Assembly (NCBI GenBank): GCA_001938485.1
Contig: MQRK01221314.1
Location: 20,675 to 84,674, forward strand
DNA: 64,000 nt
Reading direction: 5' to 3'
DNA from: Girardia tigrina
Lineage: Eukaryota
Made by a program: the position numbers and the translations under genes. Positions 1-14,500 of this stretch are shown here, piece by piece; the stretch's first letter is position 1, and each line of letters starts with the position of its first letter. Below the pieces are notes generated by a model, which searched no databases, was not told where the DNA came from, and was given only the letters and a program-made list of their open reading frames with translations.

Positions 1-2699
1 TGGAAAATTATCATGAATAATTCTGCTAATAATAATTTTCCATATGAATTATTATTAATATAAATATCTACTTACAATTGTAAGTAGATAATATGAGCGT
101 TAGTGAGGCAGTGAGGCAACTCTATATAATTATATCCAGTGAGTGACTTGGGCTTTTATAAGATAAGATTACAGTAAAATATCAAATGCAGTATTATCAA
201 TTGTCTGACAAATTAAAATGTCTCCACTGCGATTCTCCTTCAATTTGCTTGACTTTCTTCAATTTAAATCAAACTCAATCAATAAACAATGAAAGCACCA
301 AGATACAGCCCTACCTCAGAATCGGGATCGCATAGAAAAAAACAAGAAAGGACAACTAAAATCATAAAACAATTTCATTCTCGAACAGAAAATAATCTGA
401 AAGAAAGATTTAAAGGATATTAGTAATTGTTTTAGTAGATAATTGGTGAACAGATTGAATGAATATTTGATTTTGTCACTGTTTCACTTTTGGAACCGAT
501 GTAGATTTATAGGAATTAAGTGTAAGATAAAGGGTTGAAGAAAGTTTGAAGAAGGACAAAGACTCTTCTTGATTAAAAAAGAAGTAAAGAATTTTCAAAA
601 TTCAGACTGATAATAAATCAAAAGATGTATGTTAAATTATACCAAGAAAAAGTCCTTTCACTAAATTAAAAATGCATTTATGAATTAATTAATAAATAAA
701 AGAACTACATTTACTTAATATGACTCTCTGAGTTGCCTCTCTAAAGTTAAGGATTCAAATTCTTCCTTTCATTCTGTAGTATGTCTTGAAAGTTAAGAAC
801 TTGTCCCAATCTTCGAAAGGTTTTTTTCACGAATTATGTCCATTTGAAAACAGCATTTTGATTCCATTCTATTTGTTGTCAAAAACATTCCATTTAGTGA
901 ATGTTCCCACAAAATAAAAGAAATTAATAATGATTCTTTAAAATATATTTATGCCTAAACCAATACTTATAATCTCATACAGAAAATCCAAATCCAGCGA
1001 ACCTTAACCAAATAAAAAATTACGTAGTTCAATTAAAAGAGTCTTTATAAGGTTCATCTACAATAAGTCTCAAAGAATAAGAAAAGCAAATTAGAATACA
1101 TAAGATACTTTCTACAAATTTAAATTAATATTTCCAATTACTTGACAATACCAAAACAATCACTATACAATCCATCTACAATACCTAAACAATCCCAGTA
1201 AATCCCTCGACAATATTAAACTATTGGGGTCGAATTCTGAATTCATGTTCATGACAAAATTTTATTTCTATCACATTAACGATTTTAAAACAAATATTTC
1301 TGAGGAACTTCAGCACTTTCTTTTCTTTACACAAACCATTAAAAATAAAAATAAACATAAATTCATATATTGTTATTTTATTAATTACGAATTTTAATTT
1401 TATAATCGTGTTTAAAATTATAAAGATCTTTTATTAAAATTTTGTCACAAAGATTTCGTTTCATCTTTTGTTAAATTTCCCTTTTAAATTACATTTTCAA
1501 TTTAAGTATTTAAATTACATTTTTATTTCGATAAAATTATATTTTCAAAAATAAAATAAAAATTACATTTTCATTTTGTCTCAAAACAATTATATTTTAA
1601 TTTAAAAATTTTTGAATTCAAATGATATTTGATTTGTTTTATATTTAAATAAAAGTTACTAAATAATTTTTTAGTGTGTTATCATTTCAAATTTTAAATA
1701 TAACATTATATATAGAATTAAAAATTTACTTTATTAATAAATCTGTTTATGGATTTTGTGTTAAACCTTAAAAATCTACCTTAAAATTTATTGTTAAATA
1801 AATTAATTTTTACGTTATTCTATGAAAATCTTATTTTAACATAATTTATAAATCTACCTTTTGAAATGTAATTTTTTCGTTATTAAATTGACTAGAATTT
1901 AAATTCAAAAATTTAATGAACTCGCCAAAGCTCTTAACATAAACAATCCCAGATAATTCATGGACAATACCCAGCCAATCCATAGTCAATCTCGATTCCC
2001 AATACTTGACGCATTGAGCTCAACAGCGCATAAACATTTTAGAGCAGACAAAATTTACTCATTATCCTAATTGTATCGTTGTTTTATACTTGATTGACTC
2101 CATAGAGTTTATTGTTGATTATGAATATGTTTACTCTATGTGTCTCAAAACAATAACCTTATAAATAATTAACATAATAAGCAGAACTCATGTGCCAATG
2201 GGGGGTCCCACATCCTCCGCCGCCTCTGGCTCATGTCAGCACATACGCGAGTCCGCGTATTAAAAAAAATTCAATAAGTAATAGCAAATATTCCTTTTAA
2301 TTTAATTTATTCGGTCATTATTATTATCATTTTAAATTAAAACAAATTTTATTTGAATTAATATTGTGGCCAAAATGAGAGATTATTACAGCAGAATTCG
2401 AGGGGGGACAGCGACAAGAGATGTGGAGTCGCGTCACGCTCTCGGGCAGAGAATGGCGTCCAGACAGAGGAGAAAATACACAAATGTTCTCTTTATATTC
2501 ATGAGAGTCTAAAAATAATAGAACTTCTGCCGTGTGTCGCTGCAATGCAAAGTGAATATTTTTTTATTTGTGAGTGGTGAGTGAGACGTACAAAAATAAT
2601 AATAATAAATTATTGATTAAATGAACCGAGATCAAAATTGAGATCATAGTTTCATACAGAATAGAGTCTAATTATGGTAACAGATCACGGTCGCAGTGA

Positions 2700-2826
2700 G
2701 ACATTGACTGACCAATGACGATTCGACCAATCATATTGCGTAGCACTCACACACACTCATGTCGACTAAAACGACCGCTGTATCGATCGATTCATCACTG
2801 TTCGCGCAGCAAACAAACCGCAAAAG
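2700..2826 (+). promoter_or_regulatory. Putative promoter/5' UTR of the receptor gene
   Basis: CpG-rich island in an AT-rich background with two CCAAT boxes (about 2712 and 2727) roughly 100 nt upstream of the ATG. Confidence 0.4.
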
Positions 2827-3523
2827 ATGATCTCATCGGTTCTCTTCCTCGGCGTCGTCGTCGCGCTCGGATCAGCGACCCGGGAACGATACGGCCTCGA
2901 GTTCCGCAAGCCTGGCGCCTTCATTGACGCTGTCTATTCGACTTTATGTGAAGAATCGGCTGTGAAACTTGAATTGTTCGTCAATCGAACGGTTGGCGTT
3001 GTGATGTTTGCAGAGAATCGGGCTCGAAACGCAACCGTTCTTGTGTATTTGAAACAGCCGGGTGTTTATATGAATATCACATACGGGTTGAAAAAATACG
3101 AAGTGTCATATACGTTAGACTTCTTTGACAATGAATGGAATGGGTGGCACGAGATTGAGATAAGGGTTGGCGAGACGAGATTCGGGTTTGTGTTTGATGG
3201 AGTCACAAGGGAGGGTGTAATGGAAGAGGGGCTACTCTTCCCTGAGAGATATATCGAGGAAAATAAGATTGTGTTCGGGTTGAACTTGAAAGAGAAAAGG
3301 GGAGCAATACCGGGCTTCCAAGGGTTTATGAGGAACTTTCAATACAAAAGTTGTGGTTGTGTTCACTGGCGACCGATAAAGTTCGTGAAGAATGAAGGAA
3401 TTTCTTTTGACAGACTCGGAGAATGCGGATCCCCCTTGGCTTGTCCTGTAAAATGTTCATGTTTATTGTTTAATTCGGGTGGAAAGAGGTGCGATTGCTC
3501 CGGGCTCCAATGTCCGGCGGCGG
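2827..3523 (+). CDS. Exon 1: signal peptide, LamG domain, EGF-like module
   Basis: [17 protein letters not shown] signal peptide; LamG motifs NGWHEIEIR and GFQGFMRNF; Cys cluster CGSPLAC...CDCSGLQC; donor G|GTCAGT (phase 1). Confidence 0.9.
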
Positions 3524-6500
3524 GTCAGTTTTCTGTTGAATATTTTATAAATGTGTTTGATATTTTTTATTATAAAATTCTAATTTAAAATATACAAATA
3601 TATATATTGAAAAAATGAAAATTTTTTTATAAAAATGTATTCTTTAATCCAAGCAAATCCTCATTCTAGCTCTAAGGATATCTGAACGCCCTCAACCGAG
3701 CAAAAAACTTGGATTCTTGGTCACAACAAAAAATGATACAAATTTTTTAATAAGAATTCTAATAATTATAGTTTTATGGTTCATTCCATTATTATCTCAA
3801 TGTGATTAAGATTGTATATACAAAGGTGAAAATAGAGATTGAACCCTTTTTCATCAATCTAAACGTGCTCAAAGTCTCTCAAAAGTTGCGTGATGTTCCA
3901 GACAATCCTTCCCTGATGGGCTTCCAGCTGAATTATATTTGTAGTTCGTTATTTTGCTTATAAAATTGATAATCTGAATAATCCAATTCATAAATCTTGA
4001 AGGCGGGTTCACTGCGCTTTGAGTCTCAAACGCAATACATTGATTTACAACCACGACGTCCTTCGGAGTACTTCAATATTGGACATCTGCAGTCAATTGT
4101 TGCTAACTATGAGGAGTTAGTTAATGTTCATTTCGCTGATCGAGATTTTACTACTGCAAAACATAAATATTTAATTTTGACCTAGATTTAATAGTTTATA
4201 AATTTATTTTAAGATCAAAGTAAAATATTTTTCTAATTTTTTAATGATTTAGATTTAAATATTTTAAATAATATTTTAATTTGAATTAAAAAAAATTATA
4301 ATTTATTGTATAATTAAATATTATTTTAGGATAAATAATATTAAATTAAAACAGAATAAATTAATGATTTAAAGCAAGAAATTTTAATTAAAATTGGATG
4401 AAATATTATTTTTAGTTTGTGATCTTAAAATAAAAGATTGTTTAAATAATAAAAACTGAAAAATCGATTATTAAAGTAGGAAAACAAGTAGAATATTTTT
4501 TTCGGATTTCGTATATAATAAAAATTATTATTGGGCTTATTAAGAACATTAATTGGGTTTTCTGTACATTTATTTATATCACAATTTGAATTGCCACTAC
4601 AATAATTTACTAATTTGAATTACCGATACAGTCTTCTGTCAGTGTAAAAGAAATAGTCCGAATATTATTTCCTGACATAATGCAGTGATGCAGATTGTCG
4701 ATGAAACAATATTATTGGAAAAATCAATCTTACAAATAATTAAAGACCGTAAGTATTGTCGTTTGACTCGAAAAACAGCGTTGAAGTACAAATATTCAAT
4801 AAAAGTTCAAAAGAGCTCTGGCTGATCGATGTCAAAACACTTACAACACGCTTAAAACTCTTAAGAAAGCAAGAATTGACAATGAGGCAAAACATAAAAA
4901 GCTGAAAGATGATGCCTAAAAGCACCACATAGGATGTAAAGTTCGATTAAACCCCATTGTGGTAGGTTACTTGGGTTCCTGGCCGAATGAAAACGAAACA
5001 ATTTTCAAAACATTTAAGCTCTCAGAGACGACAATAAAAAAATCTGAGATGCATGCCTGTTGTCTCCAATGTCAACTATTGTACTCTGATATTGAGCAGA
5101 AACAACACCGGCCAGAGGAACCCCCTCACGTCGAATACAGTGACTATTGCTCCGTAACAGTTACGACAGATGCACCGATAGTAGGGCAGAGAGAAGATGC
5201 GAGTAATGCACTCCAATGAACAACTCTAGCTTGGAAAGTTTGCCTATTATCCGAGGATAATGATAAGTATTCCGAACAGGAACGTGGTTTTTTACATGTA
5301 CTTTGATAATAAAATACTTTAATAGAACTCATATAATTTTAGTAATTTTATTTATAAAAAGATGACCCCTCAGGCTTGTCCCCTGGATCCGCCCTTGACT
5401 AACAGTGACGATTTCTCTAGAATTTTATGTTAGTATTTATTGACATAATCGATATTATTTTCAAACAAGTTTACATTTGATAATAAATATTAATTTATAT
5501 TTCATTAATTAATAAGAATATAATAAATTTGCTGAATACATTTCATATAAGGAGGCATTGAACGAATTGTAATGCGAAACCCATAGTCCTCGAAAATAAA
5601 ATGCAAATTCCAACAAAATGTATTTTAATAAAAACAAATAAATAATTTAAATCTGCTTATTTTTCGGAACACAAAAAAGTCCGTCCATTGTAAATGTAAA
5701 TTTTTATTTTTCTGTTTATGTTTGTCTCTCATGTATTTTTGTTGTCCTTATTTTTATATTTGTTTTTGTAGGAATTTGAATTTTTTTATCTTTATTAGCA
5801 AGACTTTGTTTGACCTTGAAGAAGAAAAGAGAAAGAAAGAAAACAGAAAAGAAGAAAAATTATATAAAATTATATAATTAAACAAGCAAGATAATTATAG
5901 TAATAATTATCTTATTGATGACAAAAAAGTGATCAATAAAATTGCCGGAAAACCTAAATCATAATCTGTTTCCAGGATTTTCAATCCGTTTTGTCAGCAA
6001 ATTTCCCTATTCACAAATAGTTCCGCAAAGTGCAAAATTACTAGAAGATCCAGACAAATATCATCTTTTGACTATTATTATCCGGCTCATTCCATTATCC
6101 AAGTCAAGTGCTCAAGAATCTTATATTTTTGTAGTTACGGCTGTTTGACCTATTATTTGATTTCCAAACGATATAAAGTTATTTGTTTTGGAAACGTTGA
6201 TATATGTTTTGGTCTGAAGTTAATTGGTTCCTAAATATTAAAATTTACTTAAGTAGCGGTTGAGTTTTTTTTTGGTTGATCATTTGTTTTAAAAAAAGTA
6301 TTATTTTTTTTCTAAACAACTAAATTCATCTAAGTAGATTACTACTTTAGGTTAATTTAGTTTATTATTAGTTTATTTTGGTTAGCCGAATACATTTTTT
6401 AAAGTGATAACTTTTAATTTTCGCTAACCTAATCTAGTCATTTTAAAATCAGACGAATTACATTCGTACACTCGGTCCATCAACAACATCCATCAATATT

Positions 6501-7739
6501 TATAAGTTTACCTACTTTGTTAATGAGAATAGTTACCTAAACCCCGGTTGGAACATTATACTGAGTCAAAGAGGTTTCTGGACTTAAGGTGGCAATAAGT
6601 AACCAACATGGAATGAATATCTTTAAGTTCCTGAAATGTTTGTAAAAAATTTACAAAAATATTAAAAAAAACATTTTTGATTTAGATAATGAAGTCTTCT
6701 ACAAATTCGACAACGAAGATCTCGGTTCTTATAAAAAGCAGTTAACGGTTGTCAGTAAATCCGAGAGGTTGACCTACGGGCTCGGAATATTTGGTCAGTC
6801 TCTGAAGATGGACGAGGACCACTTCTTGGTACTATCTGCGGAACGAAGCAAATCATGCTTTAAGAATACTTTCTTTTGCGAAAGCGGTAGGAGATTTTTA
6901 TTTAATTTGTCATATGAAATGAAATAAAAAAATAAGCTTGAATTAGAGAAGGGATCCACACTTGAGGTCTCGCCTTCTGTTGTATAATTATTTCCGGCAA
7001 TTGTTGTGAACGTTTATGTCAGGAAATATTCAATCAATATTATAAATTATTAATTAAACCATTACTTTCCATGGTCCTTTGATTATTATTCTAGAAAACA
7101 AATTCATAAATATTATTTATGGTCTCCCTTTACCCATCTCTCAGTATATTTGTTCAAGCGAATTTGGAATCTGCATTGTACGCCGGGAATATGTAGGGAA
7201 AATACTTTTCGAATTTCATGTTACAAAAACTCTTGCTCTGGTTGTCAAAAAGGATTCAGATATATTTGATTTATAGCTTGAAAACAATAAATGGTTTTCG
7301 ATCTATTTTCCGATTTTTGCAATCAATTTACCAATACATATTACATTTTAAAATTTAAAAAATATGGAGGGAAAAAAGTTATAAAAATTATAATAATTAA
7401 AAATAATAACAAAGTAAATATTTTCCAAAAATAATTACACTCAATCCAAAACGTCCATGATCTTCCCACTCAATTCCTTTAGGTTAAGAAGGCAGTTGTC
7501 ATCAACCCTGTCTCTAACTTGTTGTTTTTGATTGTCATCAAGTTTGGTGTCGAAACTGTTCCGCCAGTGTCTCAAAAATCTTAATATTTTTGAACTGTCC
7601 AGTAATTCAGATCCAGCTATCAGCAATGACTTTGGTTGAGTGCTTTGCCGAATTTTACTAGCAATTTTGTCTTGGTCTTCCTGTGAAATTTTAATGTTCT
7701 ATCTCCAAATGTTCATGCTCATTCTCTTTTTTAAATACG

Positions 7740-7783
<44 letters not shown>

Positions 7784-10700
7784 TATTTATTGGAAAATAT
7801 ATCGATAAACCCTATAAATAATCCTAGATGAAGAAACTTAAACCTTATTCAGCTACATGTATGTAAAAGTAATGTCGTTCTTTTATGCTTCATTTTCGGT
7901 CGAATCTTGCAGGAATTGCACATAAATATAAAGTGAACGGCATTTTGTGCCCTATATAATCAGAAGGATTTGGAGGATAGAATACCAATGAAGCATAGCC
8001 ATAAATAATGAATTAATCGTTCATTTTCTATGTGTTTATCATTGTATTCTTTAACCCTACTCTGAAAGACCCTTTGTACATATAGGATAAAAATTATTAA
8101 TAATATACTAAAAGCACAAGAGCTAATTGTTTGAGAGCAGAAGATCGAATTCCGCTAGTTTATCATTTCTTTCCTGTTAGAAAAGGACGGTAAAAATTGA
8201 TGTCTTTACATTTGGGAGAATCTAACTTTAAATGTAGCAAAACAGCGCCCCCATAGACATACTTTATACTTAGGAATACCAACAAGTTAAGAATTTTATA
8301 ATACAAATAGTGTTGTTTTACTATTATTTCATTATTTGTATTATTCAGACATATATTATCAGTTCTGGATGAAGTCATACCCCTTGAATGGAAAGGATGC
8401 AGAGGCCGAGCTTCTGAAGCACGGAATGTCGAGGGACTCCACTTTCGGATTGGGGATCGCTCGCGTTCAGAACGTCTTTCAGTTTATTTATACAACTAAC
8501 GACAATAAGCAATACAAGATTGATGCCGTTATACCTTTACTAAAGTGGATCAGAATTACCCTTTCTTTTAACCAAACGTTTTTCCAGTTGTTTATCGATT
8601 CCAAATTATATAAAATCACGGGCAAATATAACGAACTGGTAGACGTAATTCCATCCATCATCAACACAAAGTTTTTATTTATTGGAAAAAGAGGAAGTAA
8701 AGGGAAAATTGAGATTGATAATTTTTATTTTTCCACCAACGAATCTGTAGTAAAGAGTCCTACAGTTGACGAATTACATATAGAGCAATATAAGAATGGG
8801 AGAAGGTCAAATGAAGATTGTGAACCACAGTTGAAAGGTCAAATGGTAAACATTAACAACTGCTACCTCAATGTATTTCAATCCTCAAATTTTTCTCTTG
8901 GATTTTTTGTGTCATTGATTTTTTCTACGGAACATTTGCAAGGATCTGTCATCCTCTTTGATTCTTCTTTTTTTAGGATATATTTGATGTCAAATGAACG
9001 AATTGAATTAAGATTGTATAACGATATGAGTTACTCAATAATATTGAGGAAGACCATCAACAATTTATGTCACTTGGAGATATCTGTAACCCCGGAAAAC
9101 ACGTTATTCGTATATCAAGACGTCGACTTTGAACTTACTAGTTTCCCTTTCCGAGTCAGTCTCTTTGAAGAGGTTGGACATAACATATATGTATTAATGA
9201 ATGGAGATAGCGACACTTTGAAGGAACTGAAACTGTTGAATGTGAATAAAGACATCGGAATTCGAGCGCTCAGAATACCAACAAGTAAAATATATTTTAT
9301 TTTATAATTCTTAGATTACTTTTTTATTCATTCCCCTTTACTGCAAACGCTCCTATTCATTAACTTAGGAGTTCATGAAATACTAAAGGGTAAAAGAGAA
9401 GAATGAATGTGTACTCTTCTTTTTATTATTGCTTGCCATTTATCTTATTATTAGTTTTTATTTTTATAACAGGTCGGATAACTTCTAACTCAGAAGACTT
9501 TGATAACTTTGACGCAAGTTCGTATGGATTAATTGAGCGCTCGGATGGCTACCTCGGTCGAGGGATTCAACTGAAATATCCGGTCACAAAGATCTCTCAC
9601 AACATCTTTCAAACATCTTGCATAAGAAATATAAAATTGTGTTACAACGGAATTACTCTTTCATTTTGGATGAAGTTAAACTCTCGTCCTAGTATTCCTC
9701 GAAATCGCTTCTTTTCCATCTTTTCTTCTGGAAAGACGGGAGTCAATTTATTGCTGAATTCAGAAAATGACTTTATTGTGGTGATTGAAAATCAGAAAAC
9801 CAAGAGATTTCCTGTTGCTGAATTTGATGCAATGATAAATAAGTGGTGCCTCATTGAATTATCCTTATCGAGTAATGGGATGGTCTTCCTATTCAAAGAA
9901 GGCATTGAACTGCAAGCTTTTGAAGAACTCTACAACGCAAAGATTGATGAGGAATGCGCAAAGATATGTTTCGGAGAGGACAACACGGATTTTGACAAAA
10001 TATCCATTTATATTGATGAGATTCTCCTTTTGGATGTTGGGAGATTATTTCTCTATGCCAACGGATTCTTGTCTAAAAGTAATTATAGTTTTAATTTATT
10101 CTGCAAATTTTTGTTTTCCTTTAACTTAGAAGATTTTTATTTCCCTTCTTCAGCACAACATAATAATGTAAAGGATGAATTTTCAATTCTGACTTCAAAT
10201 TTCGATATGCATTCGGATAGATAGTTTTGTGAGTCATTATTGATAAAACATCACACTAGCAAAGCTGTCATGTGTCATATATTTTTATTTAACATTGTGA
10301 TAAGTAAATTATATTTACATTTCAATATTTAACTATATTTTTTTTCTTATTATATTGTATTAAAATTATTGATATTTAATTTTTACAAACCTTTTTTAAA
10401 TGTTTATTTATTGATTACATTAGTAATAAATCTTAAATTTCATCAATTATTTATAAAATTATATTTCATTTTTAAATATTTTTATATTTACTAGAAATTA
10501 AATTTAAAATTATGTTTTACTTTATCATAAAAGTAACATCTTTGTATAAAAATGTTATTTAAATTTGATAATATGTATTAATTTTATATAACTAAAAATT
10601 TTATTTAATAGTTAAAATGTTTTAAATTTAAAAAAGTTATTTTTTTAAAAATATATATTTAAAATATTAGTATTTCAAAATAAATATTTTTTAGTATTTG

Positions 10701-10898
10701 AAGTTATTTCTATTCAATCGGAATTTAACAAATATTCTGTGTTTGATCCAGACTACTTTGTGGTTTTATTTTGTAATATCACTTATCTGTTCTATTAATG
10801 AGCGACCTATCTGATGATGTTCTGATAAGAACGAAACATGTCGTGATTTTTGCAATAATAATTCAAAGATGTTTCTTCGTTTTTTACTATGCTAAATC

Positions 10899-10934
<36 letters not shown>

Positions 10935-11535
10935 AGGTGCAAAAGTTTGTGAACGCTTCTTTCTATAGTGCTTTTTGTTATTGCACTGCATGTTTGTGTA
11001 TTCCTTGTTAAATATACATAAAGCATTTAAATGATTAAATGCATATTTTATTTTTATTACTTTTCAAGTTATAAATTGTCCTTATTTATTTTAGAATCAT
11101 GCCTGTCCGCGACAAGAAGCTAACATCAGTACAGTGTGCAGCAGTTTTTGCATTGCAGAAGCACGGCGTTTCTTATCGACAAGTAGCTACAACTCTTAAT
11201 GTTTCTCTTGGATTTGTGTGTCAGACTGTTCAGAGAGAAAGGGAAACTGGTTTCTTATGTTCAAGATCTCGATCTGGTCGTCCAAGGTCAACCAGTCAAA
11301 GAGACGACAGAAAGGTTTTACAGGATGCTAAAAGAACCCATCATGTTACAGCAGTGCAACTTTGCAGTAGGCTGTCCCAGAACTTGCAAATCATCAGAAA
11401 ATGGTTAATCCGTCGCAGATTAGCTGATGGTCTCAGGTCCTTAAGCCAGCCAAAAAAACATTGCTATCTGCAAAAATTTAACAATTTAACAATTTGACAA
11501 TTTAACAACAAGTGTTCACAAATTTTTGCACCTGA

Positions 11536-11583
<48 letters not shown>

Positions 11584-14500
11584 NNNNNNNNNNNNNNNNN
11601 NNNNNNNNNNNNNNNNNNNNNNNNNNNNNNNNNTATATATATATACATATATATATGTATATATATATATATATATATATTCTATAATTTTAGAATCCAG
11701 TCAGCATCAGCTCTTCAGTTTCACTAATAACCAGTTTGGAAAAGAAATAACCCTTGAAGGATCTGCAAAACTTATAACCACAAAATATGGCCAAGGGGTT
11801 TCTCTCAATGGGTTTGGTATTAGATTTGCAAAAGTAAACATGAAAAATGTTCCCAAATGTTTCTCTTCAATATCTGACTGTCGTCGGGGAATACTTATGC
11901 GACTTGTCATAAGAATTGATAGTCTGGCCATAAACCATCAAGTATTTGTATCGAGTCCTCAAATTAGTATTGGAAGTAATGAACGACGTTTATTCGTTCG
12001 TTTAGTTTCCTCAAATAAATCTTGGTTCTTTATCAGCAAGGATATTTTACAAGTGTTTCTGTGGCAAATAATTGTGATATCTTGGAGACTTGATAATGGT
12101 TTGAAGGTATTTTTTAACGGTCAATTTATTGGTCACGTAAGAAATGGAAATGATTTCGAGCATACCAATCCTTTTTGGGATTCTCATCTTTATTTTGGCA
12201 GAGACTACGTTCTAAATTCTAGTGGCTATGCAACTGCCGTAATAGATGACATGGAGTTCTTTGATGCAGACAAGACTCATTTGGGGTTGGAAAAGTTTCA
12301 TTTTGAAAGTACATCTTTGGATATTTCGTTTTCTAAATTTATTTTTTATTTCAGATGTATCCTGTCTCATTCGATACACGTTCGATGAGAATAAAGATTC
12401 GCAAAGTAAAGTACAGTTGGGTGTCATAGGAAATGCGGGAAGGTTCAATGATCAACTCACTACAAACAGGACCATGAATGTTCCAAAGTGTTTTGATGAA
12501 CATTTTACTGGATGTAAAAGATGTTTAACATTGAGATTCTGGATTTATCTTAACAAAATCAATGTCACAATTTTACACGCCAGACACGTAAAACTTTCGA
12601 TTGAAAGAAGTGGTTTTCTTATAGATATTATAAATGGTCCTGAAATGTCCTCCGAAACGTATTTATGTGGATACGATTATCAAGAATTAATAAAAAACTG
12701 GAATTTGTTTGAGTTATCATTGGATATAGACGAAGGTCTCTTAATATTTGTGAACCGCGAATTATTATTCTGTAATCTGGTCAAAACCGACAATGCGCTT
12801 TCAATAGTAACAAAAGGAATAGAAATCTCCACCAGTTTTGATGGTTTCCTTGATGAAATGGAAATGTTTCTGAGTAGACTATCAATCTTGTATTGGAATA
12901 AGATTGTTGACGAAGGGAAAATAGAAAATTTGTTACAGAGATTAAAGGAAAACAAGAAACTTCTAAAAGAAATGACTAATTTGGCGTCTATTAGTCGAAC
13001 TGGGAAGATTAACATCACTGTAAAACATATAGAGTCATTTGAATTCAATGGAAGCAATTATTTGGAGTATAAAATGCCAGCCAATCTTGACTCTGGTATT
13101 ATGGGGAGCAAAGAAGAGATCGAGATCACCTTTAAAAGTCATGATATAATTGCCAGTGGCATTATATGGATATCCGATGGACAAAAATCTAAAGGCATTT
13201 TGTCTTTGAAGGTAATTTTAAATCTTTGGATTTGTTTCATTTACTTCTTAAATATAAAATTGTATCCCATTAAAAGTATTGAAAGCAATCATAAAGTTGG
13301 GCTTAAATTTTTACTTCCAACAATATTGGAATTACATCAACGATTTTTATATCCTCCATTATTTGTTATGGAGCATTTTAATCTTCATGGTCGAGAGTAT
13401 CACGGTGAGTAAATTATGTTACCATTATTACTTTTGGAAACCCGAAGTCCCTAAATGAAATACAGATCCATATTTTATAGAATAGACCATTCAAACTGAA
13501 TTGACCGTTTTACTGTTTAGTCCTCGAAATCGTATCATTTTAGAGTTATGAAAGCATTGTTATACGCTGTGATGTCAAAAGTACATAGACCATCAGATTA
13601 ATTAAAAATGTATGAGCCTGGATTTTAATACAAAAAAGTACATCTACGTAAGTAAAAATTATGGCATTTGTCTTAACCTTTGACTATTTCATCAGGCATA
13701 TTTCGCGATAATTCAATTTCACTTGATATGAGACATTGTAAGGAGTAGTGTAATAATGTTTTTGCTTATAACGAAATAATTCAGCAACTATGTGAGGTTT
13801 AAAATTCGCTGAAGAGACCATCCCTCAATAAAAAACTTACAAGTTAATTAAATAACTATTTAAATTATTATATAAGTGTGGCGTAATGAATGTGCACAAC
13901 GAGGAAAGGAGTTGGAAACCCCGAGAAATCGAACATGTTTGTGAAGAGAACATCAATATTTAGGCTTAAATTGGTACTCCATTTTTGGATGAGATGATGT
14001 CTGAGATCTTTTTTTCATCGTCAAAGGGTAGATTAAATTGATAACTTTGCTTAAATGAAATCTCGACCACTTTATTTTTGACTTCCTCAACAAGAATATG
14101 GTAGAACAATTGAAATCAATCGCATATTTCATTTGTAGCATTTGACGAAATCGATCATTTTGAAAATCAAATTAATCCCTTTTTATGATCAATAAAATGC
14201 ATCAATGACGAACTCCAAATAAAAGTCAGATTCGCCAGTATCTCTATCGTCTCGTTAATTTTTGATTCGGTAATCCATCATTAATATGTCCTTCATCAGA
14301 ATAGATCAATCAACCCAATTCACTTTTCCGTGTAAAATCGAATCGCAATTGTTGACAATACATTTTTATATAGTTTAGTTGATCACAATATTTAGTTGAA
14401 AATTCACATTATTTTTGTTTAAAAATCAAAACAAAAACCAATCTTCAGAAATGCTTTATTTTCATACTCATCCAAATTGAAATTATCGACTCTCCTTTTT

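Noticed and set aside
3997-4185. 62-aa ORF as a possible exon 2
   Set aside because: No convincing splice sites; exon 1 joins 6686 in phase without it
10130-10224. Candidate extra exon after a 51-nt intron
   Set aside because: Internal donor is phase 0 while exon 6 needs phase 1; otherwise ends in a stop. Nearby AGs are expected by chance in T-rich sequence
12680-13057. Antisense or alternative-frame ORFs over exons (also 2715-2927, 9854-10129, 11707-11931, 41145-41528, 60041-60244)
   Set aside because: Shadows of the real + strand coding exons
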